A stretch of 64,000 bases of DNA from Mobula hypostoma (Eukaryota): positions 111,850,001-111,914,000 of the forward strand of contig NC_086107.1 in the NCBI RefSeq assembly GCF_963921235.1. Direction: 5' to 3'. Position numbers and translations under genes: made by a program. Below the pieces are notes generated by a model. The model had not been told where the DNA came from. It did not search any database and was given only the letters and a program-made list of their open reading frames with translations. Positions 11,901 to 26,900 of this stretch are shown here, piece after piece. Positions within the stretch are counted from its first letter, which is position 1. The number at the start of each line of letters is the position of its first letter.

Positions 11901-14900
11901 CCATCCTCTGAGTTTCTCCTCATGTTCCTCCTAAATATTTCACCTTTCACCCTTTACCCATGATCTCTCATTGTAGTCTCACCCAACCTCAGTGGAACAA
12001 GACTGCTTGCATTTACCTATCTACACCCCTCATAACTTAGTATACTTCTATCAGATCTCTCTCTAAGGAATAAAGTTCTAGCCCATCACAAACGAAAGAA
12101 AATCTGCAGAGACTGGAAATCCAAGCAGCACACACAAAATGCTGGAGGAACTCAGCAGGCCAGGCAGCATCTATGGAAAAGAGTACAGTCTCCGTTTTGA
12201 GTCGAGACTCGTCAGCAGGACTGGAGAAACAAAGAGTCAGAGTTAGAAGGGAGTGGAGGAAGAAAAACAAGGTGATAGGTGAAACTGGGAAGGGTGAAGT
12301 AAAGAGTTGGAAAATTGGTGAAAGAGATGCAGTGCTGGAGAAGGGGGAATCTAATAGGAGAGGACAATCGTAATTTCTGGTAATGCCCCCCACTTCTCTA
12401 TTTTCCATCCCCTTTTCCCTCTCTCACCTTATCTCCTTTCCTGCCATCACCTCCCTCTGGTGCTCCTCCCCATTTTTTCTTTCATCCATGTCCTTCTGTC
12501 CTCTCCTATTAGGGTCTGGGTGAACATGGGCTCAGAATAATGAGAATGCATCTCAGTTCAAAGTAAATTTATTATCGAAGTATGTATGTATCACCTTATA
12601 CTACCCTGGGATTTATTTTCTTGCAGGCATTCACAGTAGAACAAAGGAAAAAACAATAGAATCAATGAAAAGCTATACACAAATACTAATTCAAAGGTAC
12701 AAAATTTCGATAGGGTGATTAGTCTGGAAATAGTAAGGTTCATTACAGAAACAGGTTGTGGTCTCAAGATACAGGGTAGGACTTTTAGACTGAGATGAAG
12801 AGAAAGTGGGCGATGACCCTATGGGATTCTCTATTGCAGAAGTCTGTGTAGACATGTTTGTTTAATGCATTTCAAAGTCCAAAGTGCATTTATTATCAAC
12901 GTATGTACAGTACGGTGCAAACGTCTTAGGTACATGTAAATAAACTCTGATGCCTTTAAAAATAATAAAATGAAAAGTTTCCAAATATCAAAAAAATTAC
13001 TATAAAGAGCAGTAAGCAGTAACAATCTAAATCAAATTCAGTATTTGGTGAAAACAGCCCTTTGCCTTTGTCTTAACAATTCTCTTACATAAAACTGTCA
13101 TGCAGTTTTATAAGAAAATCATCTGATAGATTGTTTCAAGCACTTTGGAGAACTTGCCATAGTTCTTTAGACTTTGGCTGTCTCACTTGCTTCTGTCTCT
13201 CCAGGTAATCCCAGACAGTTTCGATGATGTTGAGATCAGGGCTCTGTGGAGGCCATACCATCTGAAACCATATAAAAAAATCTAGGCTTTTGCACCGTGC
13301 TGTATGTGTCACCTTGAGATTTATTTTCTTGTGGGAATTCACACTAGATACAAAGAAACACAATAGGATCAATGAAAAACTGTACACAGAACAATGATGG
13401 ACAAACAACCAATGTGCAAGAGCATTTAAACATGAAGTAAATAGATTTACACAGGCTAAGGTTAACAAGAGGCTGGCCAGTGGTGTAATAGCATTCACAC
13501 TGGACTTCGAGGCAAGTGGTCGCAGGTTCGAAACCGGCCGGCTGCTCGCACGCTTTCCATCAGTGCTGGGTTGAGTGCCGAGCTAGAAACTCAACTTCTG
13601 TTAAAAAACAGGCAATGCGCCAGTTAACAAGGGACATAAAGAGGGCAGGAATATACTAGGGAGACAGATTGTCTCGAGCAGTTGTCGAGCAACTAACGCC
13701 TACTCCGATTTGAGATTTTCTTCTGTCAAATATCACACTCACCAATCTCTGAAGTCAATGCAAAAATGATGTCATATCACTACACAATCATAAACAATAC
13801 CATGCAAATAAACATGTTTAGTTGTTAGCAGAAATGCCATTGGAAATGGCCAAACTGATGGCTCAAACCCGTAACCATATTTAATTTTAAAATGGTGGGT
13901 GGAACGAAATTCCTAAGCACTGAGTTATAGCAACAGGGTGTGTAACCTGCAAAAAATACCTAGGTGATAGGGATAGGCTGCACGTGCCTTATACTAAGCC
14001 AAAAATAGATAAAATCAGGACGAATATCTTGTCTTGTATTTACCGACTAACTTTGACCTTCAATGGAGGGAAATTTCACACTTGATATAGGATGCTCTTC
14101 TAAGGTGATTGGATCATTCAAAGGCAAGACAAAAATAATTGCTGTTTACTTCAAGCATTTAACCTGGTAAAATGTTGTATGATTAACCCCATCACATCAG
14201 GTCCAGCTCAGCACGTTAACAGAACCAGACTGGCTTGTGTAATGTTCTCAGCATGCAAGTAACCCCTTCAAGGCCATTGCGTTCACGGCAATGATCAGGC
14301 GAGATCTGCACTCGGTATCCTCTCTAGTTGGTACCTCCTGTAACTAATAAAGTGGCCACTAAGTGTATGTTCATGGTCTTCTGCTGCTCCAGCCCAACCA
14401 CTTCAAGGTTTGACGTGTTGTGTGTTCAGCGATGCTCTTCTGCATACGACTGTTGTAATGTGTGGTTATTTGAGTTACTGTCGCCTTCCTGTCAGCTTGA
14501 ACCAGTCTGGCCATTCTCCTCTGACCTCTCTCATTAACAAGGCATTTTCACTCACAGAGCTGCCACCTGCTGGATATTTTTTGTCTCTCGTACCATTCTC
14601 TGTGAGCTCTAATGAATGTTTTGCATGAAAATCCAGGAGATCAGCAGTTTCTGAGATACTCAAACCACCCCATCTGGCACCAGCTATCATTCCACAGTCA
14701 AAGTCACTTAGAGCACATTTCTTCCCCATTCTGAAGTTTGGTGTGAACAACAACAGAACCTCTTGACCATGTCTGCTTGCTTTTATTTATGAAGTTGCTG
14801 CCACATCATTGGCTGATTAATGAGAATGTGCGTAGGTGTACCTAATAAAGTGGCGACTGAGTGTGAAACAATATGAACCTTCAGCTCCAAATGGGCCCAG

Positions 14901-17900
14901 ATTGGCCAAGGCTAAGTCAGATCTTGATTTGTCATAGCAAGGTCAGGTCTGGATTGGCTGAGGGCAGATGTTGAATAAAGATTGGCCAAATCAGTCAGAT
15001 CTGGATTGGTGAACATCAATCCAATCTGGCTCTGACCAGGTGTATAAGATGATGAGAGGCATTGACCTTGTGGATGGTCGGAGGCTTTTTCCCAAGGCTG
15101 AAATGGCTAACACGAGAGGGCACAGTTTTAAGGTGCCTGGAAGTAGGTACAGAGGAGATGTCAGGGGTAAGTTTTTTACGCAAAGAGTGGTGAGCATGTG
15201 GAATGGGCTGCCGGCGATGGTGGTGGAGGCGGATAAAAAGGGTATTTTAAGACACTCTTGGACAGGTACATGGAGCTTAGAAAAATAGAGGGCTATGGGT
15301 AACCCTAGGTAATTTCTAAAGTAAGTACATGTTCGGCACAGCTTTGTGGGCCAAAGGGCCTGTACTGTGCTGTAGCTTTTCTATGTTTCTATGATCAGGT
15401 CAATTAATGTCAGGTTTTAATTTTGTGGCCAAGCCGATGAGAGTCCTTGTCACTTTATATTATCATAAACCACATGGGTAGATGTTAAGGAAACATTTCA
15501 CTAAAGAAGTGAGAAATCTGTTGACTCCCTTTCTCAACACACATCAAAGTTGCTGGTGAACGCAGCAGGCCAGGCAGCATCTATAGGAAGAGGCGCAGTC
15601 GACGTTTCAGGCCGAGACCCTTCGTCAGGACTCCCTTTCTCAGGTCTGATAAAGCAGCTACAACCTGAAACATTATCTTTGGTCTCTCCACAGACACTGC
15701 CTGACCTACTGTGTCTCTCCAGTATTTTCTGTTTTATTTCAGATTTCTGGCATCAGTTTATTTTAATGTTTAAGTAGTGATCTGCACCTATTATTAGATC
15801 AGCACCACAGGAAGGTTGCAATAGTACAAGAGAGGACACAGAAGAGAGGTTGAGTGATATTGTCTGTGCTACTGGTTAGGGTTCTGAGGAACCTAGAGTA
15901 ACTTCCTATGGAACAAAGATGGCCAAGGGGAAATTTAATTGAAATGAAATGGAAGTTTTACGTGTCTATGGCATGGTGCACTGAAGCAGATACTTCCCTT
16001 AGCAGAGAGGTTGGTAACTGAGGACATAAATGTAATTTAATTGGTGAGACAATCAGAAGGGAGTTGAGGAAGGCCTTTTTTTACTCAAAGAGTGGAGGAT
16101 CTAGAATTCATTGTCTGAAGGACTGATGGAGGCAGAAGGCCTCACAATCTGAAAAAAAGCCCTCAAAGAAGCATCTGAAGAGTTGTAGCATACTGGGTGC
16201 TGAAAAGTAGGAATAACATAAATACCCATTTTAGACCATAAGACAGGAGCAGAATTAGGATATTTGGCCCATCAATTCTGCTCCGCTATTCCTTCATGGT
16301 TGATTTATTGATCCTCTCAACCTCATTCTCCTGCCTTTTCCCTGTAACCTTTGACACCCTGACTAATCAAGAACCTATCAACCTCCACTTCAAATATATT
16401 CAATGACTTGGCCCCTACAGCCATCTGTGGCAATGAAGTCTACAGATTCACTGTCCTCTGACTAAAGAAATTGCAGTCATCTCTATTCTAAATGGACACA
16501 CCTCTATTCTGATAATGTCCCCTCTGGTCTAGACTGCCCCACTATTGGAAACATCTTGTCCATATCTAGGTCATTCAATATTCAATAGGTTGAGAGGTGG
16601 ACCTGATAGAGCTGTATAAGATGATGAGAGGCATTGATCATGTGGATAGTCAGAGGCTTTTTCCCGGGGCTGAAATAGTTAGCACGAGAGGGCACAGTCT
16701 TAGGGTGCTTGGAAGTGAGTACAGAGGAGATATCAGTGGTAAGTTTTTTACACAGAGAGTGGTGAGTATGTGGAACGGGCTGCCAGCGACAGTGGTGGAG
16801 GCGGATATGATAGGGTATTTTAAGACACTCTTGGATGGGTACATGGAGCTCAGAATAGAGGGCTATGGGTAATTTCTAAGGTAAGGACATGTTCGGCACA
16901 GCTTTGTGGGCTGAAGGTCCTGTAGGTTTTCTATGTTTCTATGTTTCAATGAGACCCCCCCACCCCCATTCTTCTAAAATCCAGCGAGTATGAGCCTAGA
17001 ACGCCTTCGACATTAACCACTTCATTCGCAGAATCATTTTCGTGAACCTCCTCTGGACCCTCTCCAATGCCAGCACATCTTTTCTTAGATAAAGAGAACA
17101 AAACTGCTCACAGTACACAAAAAGCAGTCTGCCCAATGCCTTATAAATCCTCAGCATTACATCCTTGAAGCTAGCACGAATATGATAGACTTTCAGATTT
17201 CTATAATGCATGGATCTGTGAAAGAGTAGATACTTCCTTTGGCAAGCAGAAGAACAGCAACAAAAAAAAATACCTATTAGGACAGCTCAATTGAGCTGGC
17301 CTAAAGGAGGAACAGTTCTGAACAGTTGACTCAAGGCTGATAATTATGTAAATATGATTTTCAGGATAACCAATACTATTTGCTGATGTGTTAACCTTTG
17401 TTCCTTTACTGCATTCCTGCAGCTTTATCTACTTTCTGTAGTGAAGTTCTGAAACGTCCCTTATTTTTTTTCTTCTTCCCTTAACTACAATACAACACAG
17501 GAGGCCTTCGGACCCATTAAGACAATGCTTCCTCTTGGCAGAGAATTTCAATTGTACATCTTCCTTGCAGTTCACTAATTTATGTTCCCTTAAATGGCCA
17601 TCAACTTTCCCCTCGATAAACACCAGAGATTCTGTAGTTGCTGGAAATCTATAGCAACGCATACCAAATGCTGGAGTGTCATGCAGTATCTATAATAAAC
17701 AGTTGATATTCCAGGCCAAGCCCTTCCTTCTGGACTGAGAAGGAAGGGGGAGGTGTCTAAATTAAAGGTGGGAGGAGGGGAAGGAGTCCAGCTGGAAGGT
17801 GATAGCTGAAGCCAGGAGGGTCAAGGGCTGGAGAAGGAAGGATCTGATAGGAGAATGGACCATAGGAGAAAGGGAAGGAGGAGGGGAGCCAAGGTGAAGT

Positions 17901-20900
17901 GATAGGTAGGTGAGAAGAGGTGAAGGGTCATAGTGGGGAGTAAAGGAAGGGGGGATTTGTTTACTGGAAGGAGAAATCGATATTCATGCCATCAGGTTGG
18001 AGGCTACCCAGATGGAATATTGCTCCTCCACCCTGAGGGTAGCTCTTCTTGGCACAAAAGGAAGCCATGGACCAACACACTGGAATGGGAATTAAAATGT
18101 TTGGCTACCGAGAAGTCTCGCATATGGTGGATGGTGCAGAGGTGCTCGACGAAGCGGTCCCCAGCTTACGATGGGTCTCACCAATGTAGAGGAGGCCATG
18201 CCAGGAGCACCAGACATAATAGACAACCACAGCAGATTCGGAGGTGAAGTACTGCCTCTCCTGGAAGGACTGTTGGGGGTGAGGGAGGAGGCATTTGGAT
18301 AGCTGCAACACTTGGGCTGTTTGCAGTGCTGTTTGCTGGGAGGGAGGTTAGTGGGGAGGGACAAATCGACCAGGGAATCGCGAAGGAAGGGATCCCTGTG
18401 GAAAGCGGAAGGTGGGTGGGGGGGAGGTAAGGATATGTTTAGTGGTAGGTAAACATAGTGGTTACAATAACTAGTTAAATTCTCAACATATACACTCAGT
18501 GGCCACTTTATAAGGTACATTTGTACACCTGTTCATTCATGCAAATATCAAATCAGCCAATCATTTGGCAGCAACTCAATGCATAAAAGCATGCAGGCAT
18601 GGTTAAGAGGTTCAGTTGTTGTTCAGACCAAACATCAGAATGGGGAAGGAATGTGATCTAAGTGACTTTGACTGTGCAATGATTATTGGTGCCTTGGTGC
18701 CAGACAGGTTGGTTTGAGTATCTCAGAAGCTGCTGATCTCCTGGGATTTTCACACGCAATAATCTCTAGAATTTACAGGGAATGGTGTGAGAAACAAAAA
18801 CACATCCAGTGAGTGGCAGTTCTGTGGGCAAAAGCACCTTGCTAATGAGAGAAGTCAGAGACAAATGGCCAGACTAGTTCAGGAGACATGAAGACGACAG
18901 TAACTCAAGTAACCATGCATTACAACAGTGGCGTGCAGAAGAGCAACTCTGAATGCACAAAACGTTCAAACGTCAAGTGAATGGGCTATAGCAGCAGAGG
19001 ACCATGTATAAACACTCAGTGGTACAGGGGTTATCTAATAAAGTGGCCACTGGGTCAATATGCTCTGGCATGAGGAACTCAGAGAATAAGGTGCATACAT
19101 TCAGCATCTGAAGTCAGGAATGAACTTGGGTCCCTAGAGCTGGGAGGTACTGCCATTAATTCCTGCATCGTTGTACCATCCTAGTCCAGGTTGACCACCA
19201 CAAATCCAGAATGATCGGGTCCTGCCTGCGCAATGCTGGGTGAGTGATTTTGCTGAATCACAGGTGGCTTAGGTTAGGGTTAAATAAATAAACACCTCTA
19301 ATCCTCTTAATGATCACCTCACCCTTTCTTTAAAGTATTCCGCAAATAAATAAAGAAAAAAGAAATAACAAATGAAAAGTAAGTGAGATTTATTGAAGTA
19401 CAGTACAGTTACACACCTTTGCTGACATGAGTTGAAACCACTTTCTGAGAACTTTAGTTGTGAATATCTTCCACCTTTCATTGTTTGCCTTATGCACATG
19501 TTTTTTTTTCTCATTTGCTGTCAGCAAAGAACTGGAGCAACTTCCCTTTTTGGGTTTCTTTATATCACAAACTGTGGAAGAATGGTGTTATGCAAGTTGC
19601 AAATGCTTTTCACAGACACACCACTGTTGAGTTTTTTCAGAACTTCCACCTTATCTTGTATATATAACATATGGTGTTTGCACTTTACACGACAAGAAGC
19701 ACTTCTTTTATTCATTGAAGACACAATTGGAGCCCGATAAGCACAGGTTGTAGAAATAAATGTAGAATATCACAGAGAAACGAAGCTTCTTTTGTCCAAA
19801 CCAGCGGTGGACTCATATTACTGATTGCCTGATTTGAGGTAGTTGACACACTTTTCCTGCAACCTCTGAACTCATAACATTAGTTATGAGTTGTTGAGAC
19901 AAATCTCAAGATTATATAATGTACACTATTTCCTAAAGGTTCACAAAGTCAGGAAGCAAGTGTGGAAAGAAAAACAGAGGTAACAATTCAGGTCAAAGAT
20001 TAATACTCTAATAAAGTCTATTCAACCAGAAACAGTTCTCTTTCCACAGATGTTCCCCTGGGTGGCCCCAGTATTTTCTGGTATCATTTCAAATTTCTGC
20101 AGTTTTTGATTTTTATTTACAGTTCAGAGAGGCACCTGAGAAGAGGGGAATCGCTCCCTTACCCCGCTTCTCTCGCTTACTGAGTGGTGTGCAGAAGAGG
20201 CAATTGAATGTAGCAGGACCGAGGCAAGGCAAGGCAAGGCGGGCTGGTTGTCGAGAGTGAGGCAGACCCGAGGTTCGATCATTTTAAGCGTCATGCCGAA
20301 TTGGAAAGATCGGTTACAGGCCAGATCGGGGTTCAGACACCAGAGCAGATCAGGGCAACTGAAACTGATGTTCGGACAGACATTTAAGCACAGAGCCGAA
20401 TCGGAAAGGGCAAGTTCAGGCCGAATCGAGGAGGTAGGGTCCTGGCCCCAGGGCATATCGAGGCGATTGAAGCCAATGGTTGAACGTCGATTTAGGTGCT
20501 GGGCTAGACGGAAAAGGTCAGGGTGTCAGGGCCTGAGGTGAGGGAGGGGTCAGCTTGGCCCTTTGCTCCATGACTCTGCTCCGCGCTGATCTATGGGACT
20601 CCCTTTGCAGACATCAGTTCAGAACACTATTTGCTTGTGGTTATTGTTTGCATGTTTGTGTTTTTCCCTGCACATTTTGTGTTTGAGTGTTTGCTTTTAA
20701 ATGGGCTCTTTTGGGTTTCTTTGTTTCGGGGCTGCCTGTAAAGGGACGAATCTATATAACGAAGTTGTATAATGTATACATACTTAGATAATAAATGTGC
20801 TTTGAACTTTGAACTTTGGAGTTGCTAAGAGGCAGAGAGACTATTAAGATACTGGAAGTACTCCATGGCTCCAGCAGCATCCGTGGAGAGAAAAACAAAT

Positions 20901-23900
20901 TTAATCTTTCAAATCAATGTCCTTTCATCCGAAAAAAAATAAAATTGTGTTTGGATGGAGAAAAAGTAAGGTGGGGTAAAGATAACCAATGGGAAGTTAT
21001 GTGATAATATAGACGTCAGGAGATACCCAATGATAAGAGAGCTGATGATGCAAATGGAAGCCTGTGTGGATTGGGTCTAGACCAGGAGTTCAGAACCTGG
21101 GGGTCCATGGACCCCTTCCTTAATTGTACTGGCCTTTGTCCAAAATTTAAATGATGATTTAAGTACTGGGCCAAATTGGAAAGGTCAGCTACAGGCCGGG
21201 CAAGGCGGCAGGCCTGGGCCCCAGAGCATATTGAAGCCACTGGACCCAAAGTTTGGACAATGATTTAGGCACCGGGCCAGATTGAAAGCATCAGGGTGTT
21301 GGGGCCCGAAGTGAGGGACGGGCCGGCTTCACTCACTGCTTGCCTCTGCTTTGAACTAAGGGACTGTGGACAGACTCTCTGTGGACTTTAGTTCAGAACG
21401 CTATTTGCTTGCGTTTATTGCTTGCATGATTTGTTTTTTTTCCTCTCTGCGCATCGGATGTTTGACGATCTTTTTTTATGAGCTCCTTTGTGTTCCTTCG
21501 CTTCGTGGCTTCCTGTTAGGAGACAGTCTCAAGGTTGTATAATACATACTTTGATAATAAACAACAGGAATTCTGCAGATGCTGGAAATTCAAGCAACAT
21601 ACATCAAAGTTGCTTTGATAATAAATGTACTTTGAACTTTCAAAAAAGGTTGTGAGCACCTGGTATAGAAGAACTTTCTCATTAAATATCTTAATCCAAG
21701 CATCTGTTGGCAGCTAGTTGTGGAGAGCACTATGTGACTCATGATGTCGGGTCAGTCATTTTCACAGCTACCTTTTTAAGGTCATTTACCTGACTACTTA
21801 ACCAGACCTTTCACAGGGTCCGCTGAGTGAGCCTCTAGGTGGCTGTAGAACTAGAGGTGTGACCTGTGGACCACTGCTGCTGGGACACAAGCCGGGCCTG
21901 ATCAACCCTGGCTGGGTCTCCTGGGCAAGAATGTCAAATGTTGAAAGACCCAAATCACCCGATGGCCCAAGTTACATTGCTGGTGATGTGACCCAGCACA
22001 TCCTAGGATATACCTCAGCATCTTCACATTGAATTGCTTCATGGGCTGTGGGTTTCCCGTGGACATCCCATGATGTTTCACATAAAATAAAATGTATGAA
22101 TGTTCTAACCATTTTCTTTCCAAAATTGTGTTTCCTCACTCTCAACAACCTAGATATTCAAGTCTCGCCTGTTAACACGACAGCTCTGAAAATTGCCCGG
22201 AGCTCCATAGCTAAAGACTTAAAAGAGATCAATATCACCATCACCATTGATCAAGTTACAAGATTCATCAACAGCGGCGATGAAGAGATCATTGGTAAAC
22301 TTAAACCTGGGACGAACTATAATATTTCCATCCATGTTGAATACACAAATGGATCATTCAACTGTAATCTATCAACAGCAACAAGTAAGTTCATTATAAA
22401 TCACAAATTAAAGCAAGACATGGGAAGTCATCTGAGAATAACTCTCCAACCCCGCCCCTCGCTTGCGAAACCCAGTGGCCCTAAAGTCATTTGGTTCTTT
22501 ACTTCAGCCTAGCCAACAAATCGCAACGGAGGTTCCTTTGGGTGTTCTATAACTCAGGCCCCTGTGGGAAGCAAGATAATGCAATATAGGAATCCTCAAA
22601 CATGATGGTATTGAATAAGGGCAGGATTGGGCCGGAGCTATTTGTGTGATCTACCATTGTCCCCATCCCCTTCATGCGTGTTTTCCTGTCAAAAGCCTTG
22701 GATGCCACTGAGGCCTTTGGAAAATGCAGACACCTATTCCTTTGGGGCAAGGGTGCATCAAGATTCCAAAAGTGATGATGAAGGCCTGTGAAAGAAAAAA
22801 AAAATTCCTTTTGCCTTCCAGGACATTCAAAGCTCTTCACAGCAAAATAAATCCTCTTGAAGAGTAATCACTGCTATTCCTCTAGCAGTCTGCATAAAGG
22901 AATAGCAGGGGAGATCATTTGTTTCGGAAGTACTGAGTGAGGGATAAACATTGGCAATACATACCGGCAAAAACTCTCTTGTACTTCAGTGAATGAATGG
23001 TACCATTGAATCTTTGAAAGGCACAGCACTCCCTCAGTGCTGGGCAGATAATGTCAGCTAGATTTTGGACTCTATTTGCAGGTATTTAAAGGTACAGCGC
23101 AGATCTCCTTCTTCTGGCCCAACGAGCAGCATGGTAAATTGTCCTGTGACTAGTCCAGGGTTGAACCCATGTATTTAAACCTGGCCTAATCACAGGACAA
23201 TTTACAATGACCAATTAACCTACTAACTGGTCCATCTTTGGACTCTGGGAGGAAACCAGAGCACCTGGAGGAAACCAATTGCACTCAGCATATACAGAAA
23301 AGTATGAGAGAGAAATAGATAATTCAAGGCAGCCTTCAAATTCATATTCAGTTTACCATACCTTGCAACATGCCACAATACAGCTTCCAGCTCACAGTTG
23401 GCATATCTTACATCAGGCCAGAATGAGCACTCTACCCCACACTAAACCTTACTCCACTTCCACATCCTCAGCAGGAACCATACCAGAATCAAATTGTTCT
23501 CCACATTCCATCCTCCGGAAATGTACCCCAGGCTATACCCACTATTTCAAAGAAAACTATAGAAACACTCAAGGGAATACAGTTAAAGTTTAAAGTTCTA
23601 AGCAGCAACGTCTTCTGTTACTGTAATTGAATGAAGCACTCTATGGAAAAACTTTCACTTGTTCTTCACTTGATCATGGAGTTACTAATAACCCACGTTC
23701 AACGTAAGACCATCAGACACAGGCACAGAATTAAGCCATTCGGTCCACCCTCTGCTCCGCAATTCTATCATGGCTGATTTATTGTCCCGCTCAACCCCAT
23801 TCTCCCGCCTTCTTCCCATAACCGTCGATGCCCTGACTGATAAAGAACCTATCAACCTCTGATTTAAATATAACCATTGGCTTGGCCTCCACAGCCATCT

Positions 23901-26900
23901 GTGGTAATGAATTCCACAGATTCACCAACCCTTGTCTAAAGAAATTCCTCCTCATCTCTCTTTTAAAGGGACGCCCTTCTATTCCAAGGTCGTGCCCTCT
24001 GGTCCACTGTAGGAAACATCCTTGCAATGTCCTCTCTACCTAAACCTTTCAATATTTGGTATGTTTTGATGAGATGCCCCCCTCAGCAGTTAAAGATTGC
24101 CACATAACTTGAGACAGATAAACAGCCCGTGGCCCATTTAACATGAATTTTATTTGCTGTTGCTATTAGTTGTTAGTCACCCTCAGCAGACATGGCAAAC
24201 AGATTTTCCTTTGAGAACAAGTTTATTTGCTCCCCATTACATCACAGGCATTTAGGGCAGCAATGAAGGTCCTCCATCTCTGGTGGTGTTCAGGGCTTCC
24301 TTCATCATGTCAGTAGCTTCCTCTCAGTTTTCACTACTGTCAGTCATGCAAGTCCTGGGTGGAGACTCAGGAATACTGTCACACTCAGATGTAGAAAGAT
24401 TCTTCATTGATGTTTCCATAACAGTTTTGTTTGACCAGTCAGGGTTGTTAGCCCTGAATTGAACCCCTGAACATGGAGGACCAGTGGACCACTCTCAGTC
24501 TGGCCTCTACCCTTTGACCTGGTTGGCATGGGTGACCCTACCAAGAGCCGAAACGTAAAGCCCTGACTCCAGCCAACATAGTTCTCCGGGCCATTGAGGC
24601 ACGCAAGTCTCCAAACCCTCTGGCAAGGTTGTGGTCCTCTTGGAGGTTTGAGAACAAAACATGAGCAATAATGCCATGCTGAACAAATACAGGCCATTTG
24701 GCTCACTGTCCACACCAATAACCCAGCACCCAGCTACAGTAATCCCGTTCGATCCACCCCACCTTCCCAACAGCTCTCCCGAGATTCTACATACCAGGGG
24801 CAACTTACGGTGGCTGATTAAGCTATCAACTCCACCACCCCCCCATTCTTTGTGATGTAGGAGGAAATCAGAGGGTCCAGAGGAAACCGGTGGGCACAAG
24901 GACGGGACACAAACTCTGCACAGATCGCACCGGAGGTCAGGGTTGAAACCAGACCACTGGCCTTACTACTTTTGCCACATAGATTTGTACCTTCTTCAAT
25001 CTGATGGCATGAACATCGATTTCTCCTTCCGGTAATCTTTTGCTCTTTTTTTTCTTTTCCCCTCCCCCTTCCCTCGTCTTCCATTCCCCACTCTGGCCTC
25101 TTGTCGAATCTCCTCAGCTGTCCAGCCCTCTTTCTTCTTCCCTTTCTCCCACAGTCCACTCTCCTCTCCCATCAGATCCCTTCTTCTCCAGCCCTTTAGC
25201 TTTCCCACACACCTGGCTTCACCTATCACCTTCCAGTCTGTCTTCCTTCCCCCCACTGCCTTTTTATTCTGGCCTCTTCCCCCCTTCCATTCCAGTCCTG
25301 ATGAAGGGTCTCAGCCCAAAACGTTGACTGTTTATTCATTTTCATAGCTACTGTCTGTCCAGATGAATCCCCCAGCATTTTGTGTGTGTTGCTTTGGATT
25401 TCCAGCATCTGCAGAATCTCTTGTGCCAATACCTCCCAGTTTGTTCTGCTTTGATCACGGTTTATGCTTTGCCTCCATAGCACTTTCCGATCCAACGCTT
25501 TTTAATTTCCTCACATCCAAACGATTCCCAGTCTTAGTAATGATTACACTCACTACGAATCCTCAGCTATCTCGGGGGAAAAAAAATGTCAGGATGTATA
25601 TTGTATGCATTTCTCTGGCATTAAATGTACCTATTGAAAACAAAATTTCAAATACTTACAACCGATAAGCTACTGTGACACGGTGGTTCGTGTGACGCCA
25701 CTAATACTCGGGGCATCAGAGTTTGGAGCTCAGCATCAGCATCCTCTGTCAGGATCCCGCACGTCCTCCCCGTGGAATGTGTGGGTTTTCTCTGGGACCT
25801 CCGGCTTCCACCCACAGTCCAAACGCGTACCGGTTAGTCAGTTAATTGGTCGTGGTAAGTTCTCCCATGATTAGGCTAGGGTTAAATCGGGTGCTGTCGG
25901 TGGTTGCTGGGCAGCGCGGTTGGGAAGGCTGTATGCGCTGTGCCTCTAAATAAAATAACCCAGTAAGGAAATGTCTATTTATCTCAGTTCTAAATGGGCA
26001 ACTCCCCATCGTGAAGGAAGGTTGGAAAACCTGTCAGTGGAGTTGTAAGGCAGTCGCACGAACCAACTGTATTGTTGCTCACTCAATCACCTTCCAGTTT
26101 CCTAAGCTCCTGAGAAAATCAAATCCAACTGAATACATCCTCAAGCAATAACACACTCATTCCTGAAAGGCAAGGCAAGAAAAGCCTGCACTTGATATCG
26201 AAAATGTAATTATACAGGGCTTTCTTTATTTAGCGGTAATAATAACCGCTAAATATACCAACGAGCCTGCGCCACCCAATTACACCCATGTGACCAATTA
26301 ACCTACTAACCCGTACGTTGTAGGAATGCGGGAGGAAAGCAGGGCACCCGGAGGAAACCAGCACAGCCATGGGGAGAAGGAACAAACTCCTTACAGACAG
26401 TGGCGGGAATTGAACACTGGTTACTTGAGAGGACACACAGAGGACTTATGACCTGGCTGCTGACAATGGAAGCAAATAGGAGTCTTAGAAGAAACTACCA
26501 AAGATTCTTTGCCCTCTTTTCTCCTACTCCCCAATCCTGCAGAGTTACCCTAACAGTCTTTGCAGCGTTAGAGTCCCTGCTACTTTGGAATGATGGCTGC
26601 CATGGTGACCCCTTGTGGCATTGAGGTACTGCAGGTAAATTGGGCCACAGGGAGCCCATCCACTGGCTTGTGCCCTTGGACCTATGTTCTAGTGTCTGGA
26701 GAGGAATCTGCTCCAGAACGATGGACTCACCAATCTCCTTCTTGGACTTCTGCTCTGGTAGAGACCCCGCAAGCGATGATATGTCTCAGTGAGTGATTGT
26801 AGAGTACTCACCTGCACGGTGTGAAAATTAATGCCATAATTTTGAAGAATGAATTTTGGCTCAATTTCAATGAACTTGCAATAACTTGCAAGACCCTTGC

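Noticed and set aside
23279..23593. 104-aa Ser/Thr/His-rich ORF as a possible exon
   Set aside because: No convincing splice sites or domain similarity; begins within a SINE.
24225..24640. Possible RTE-derived fragment on the minus strand
   Set aside because: Resemblance only; no diagnostic protein motif could be verified.
25293..25330. Hammerhead-like motif (similar near 28507 and 33087)
   Set aside because: GAAA box or cleavage-site region mutated; probably inactive relics.
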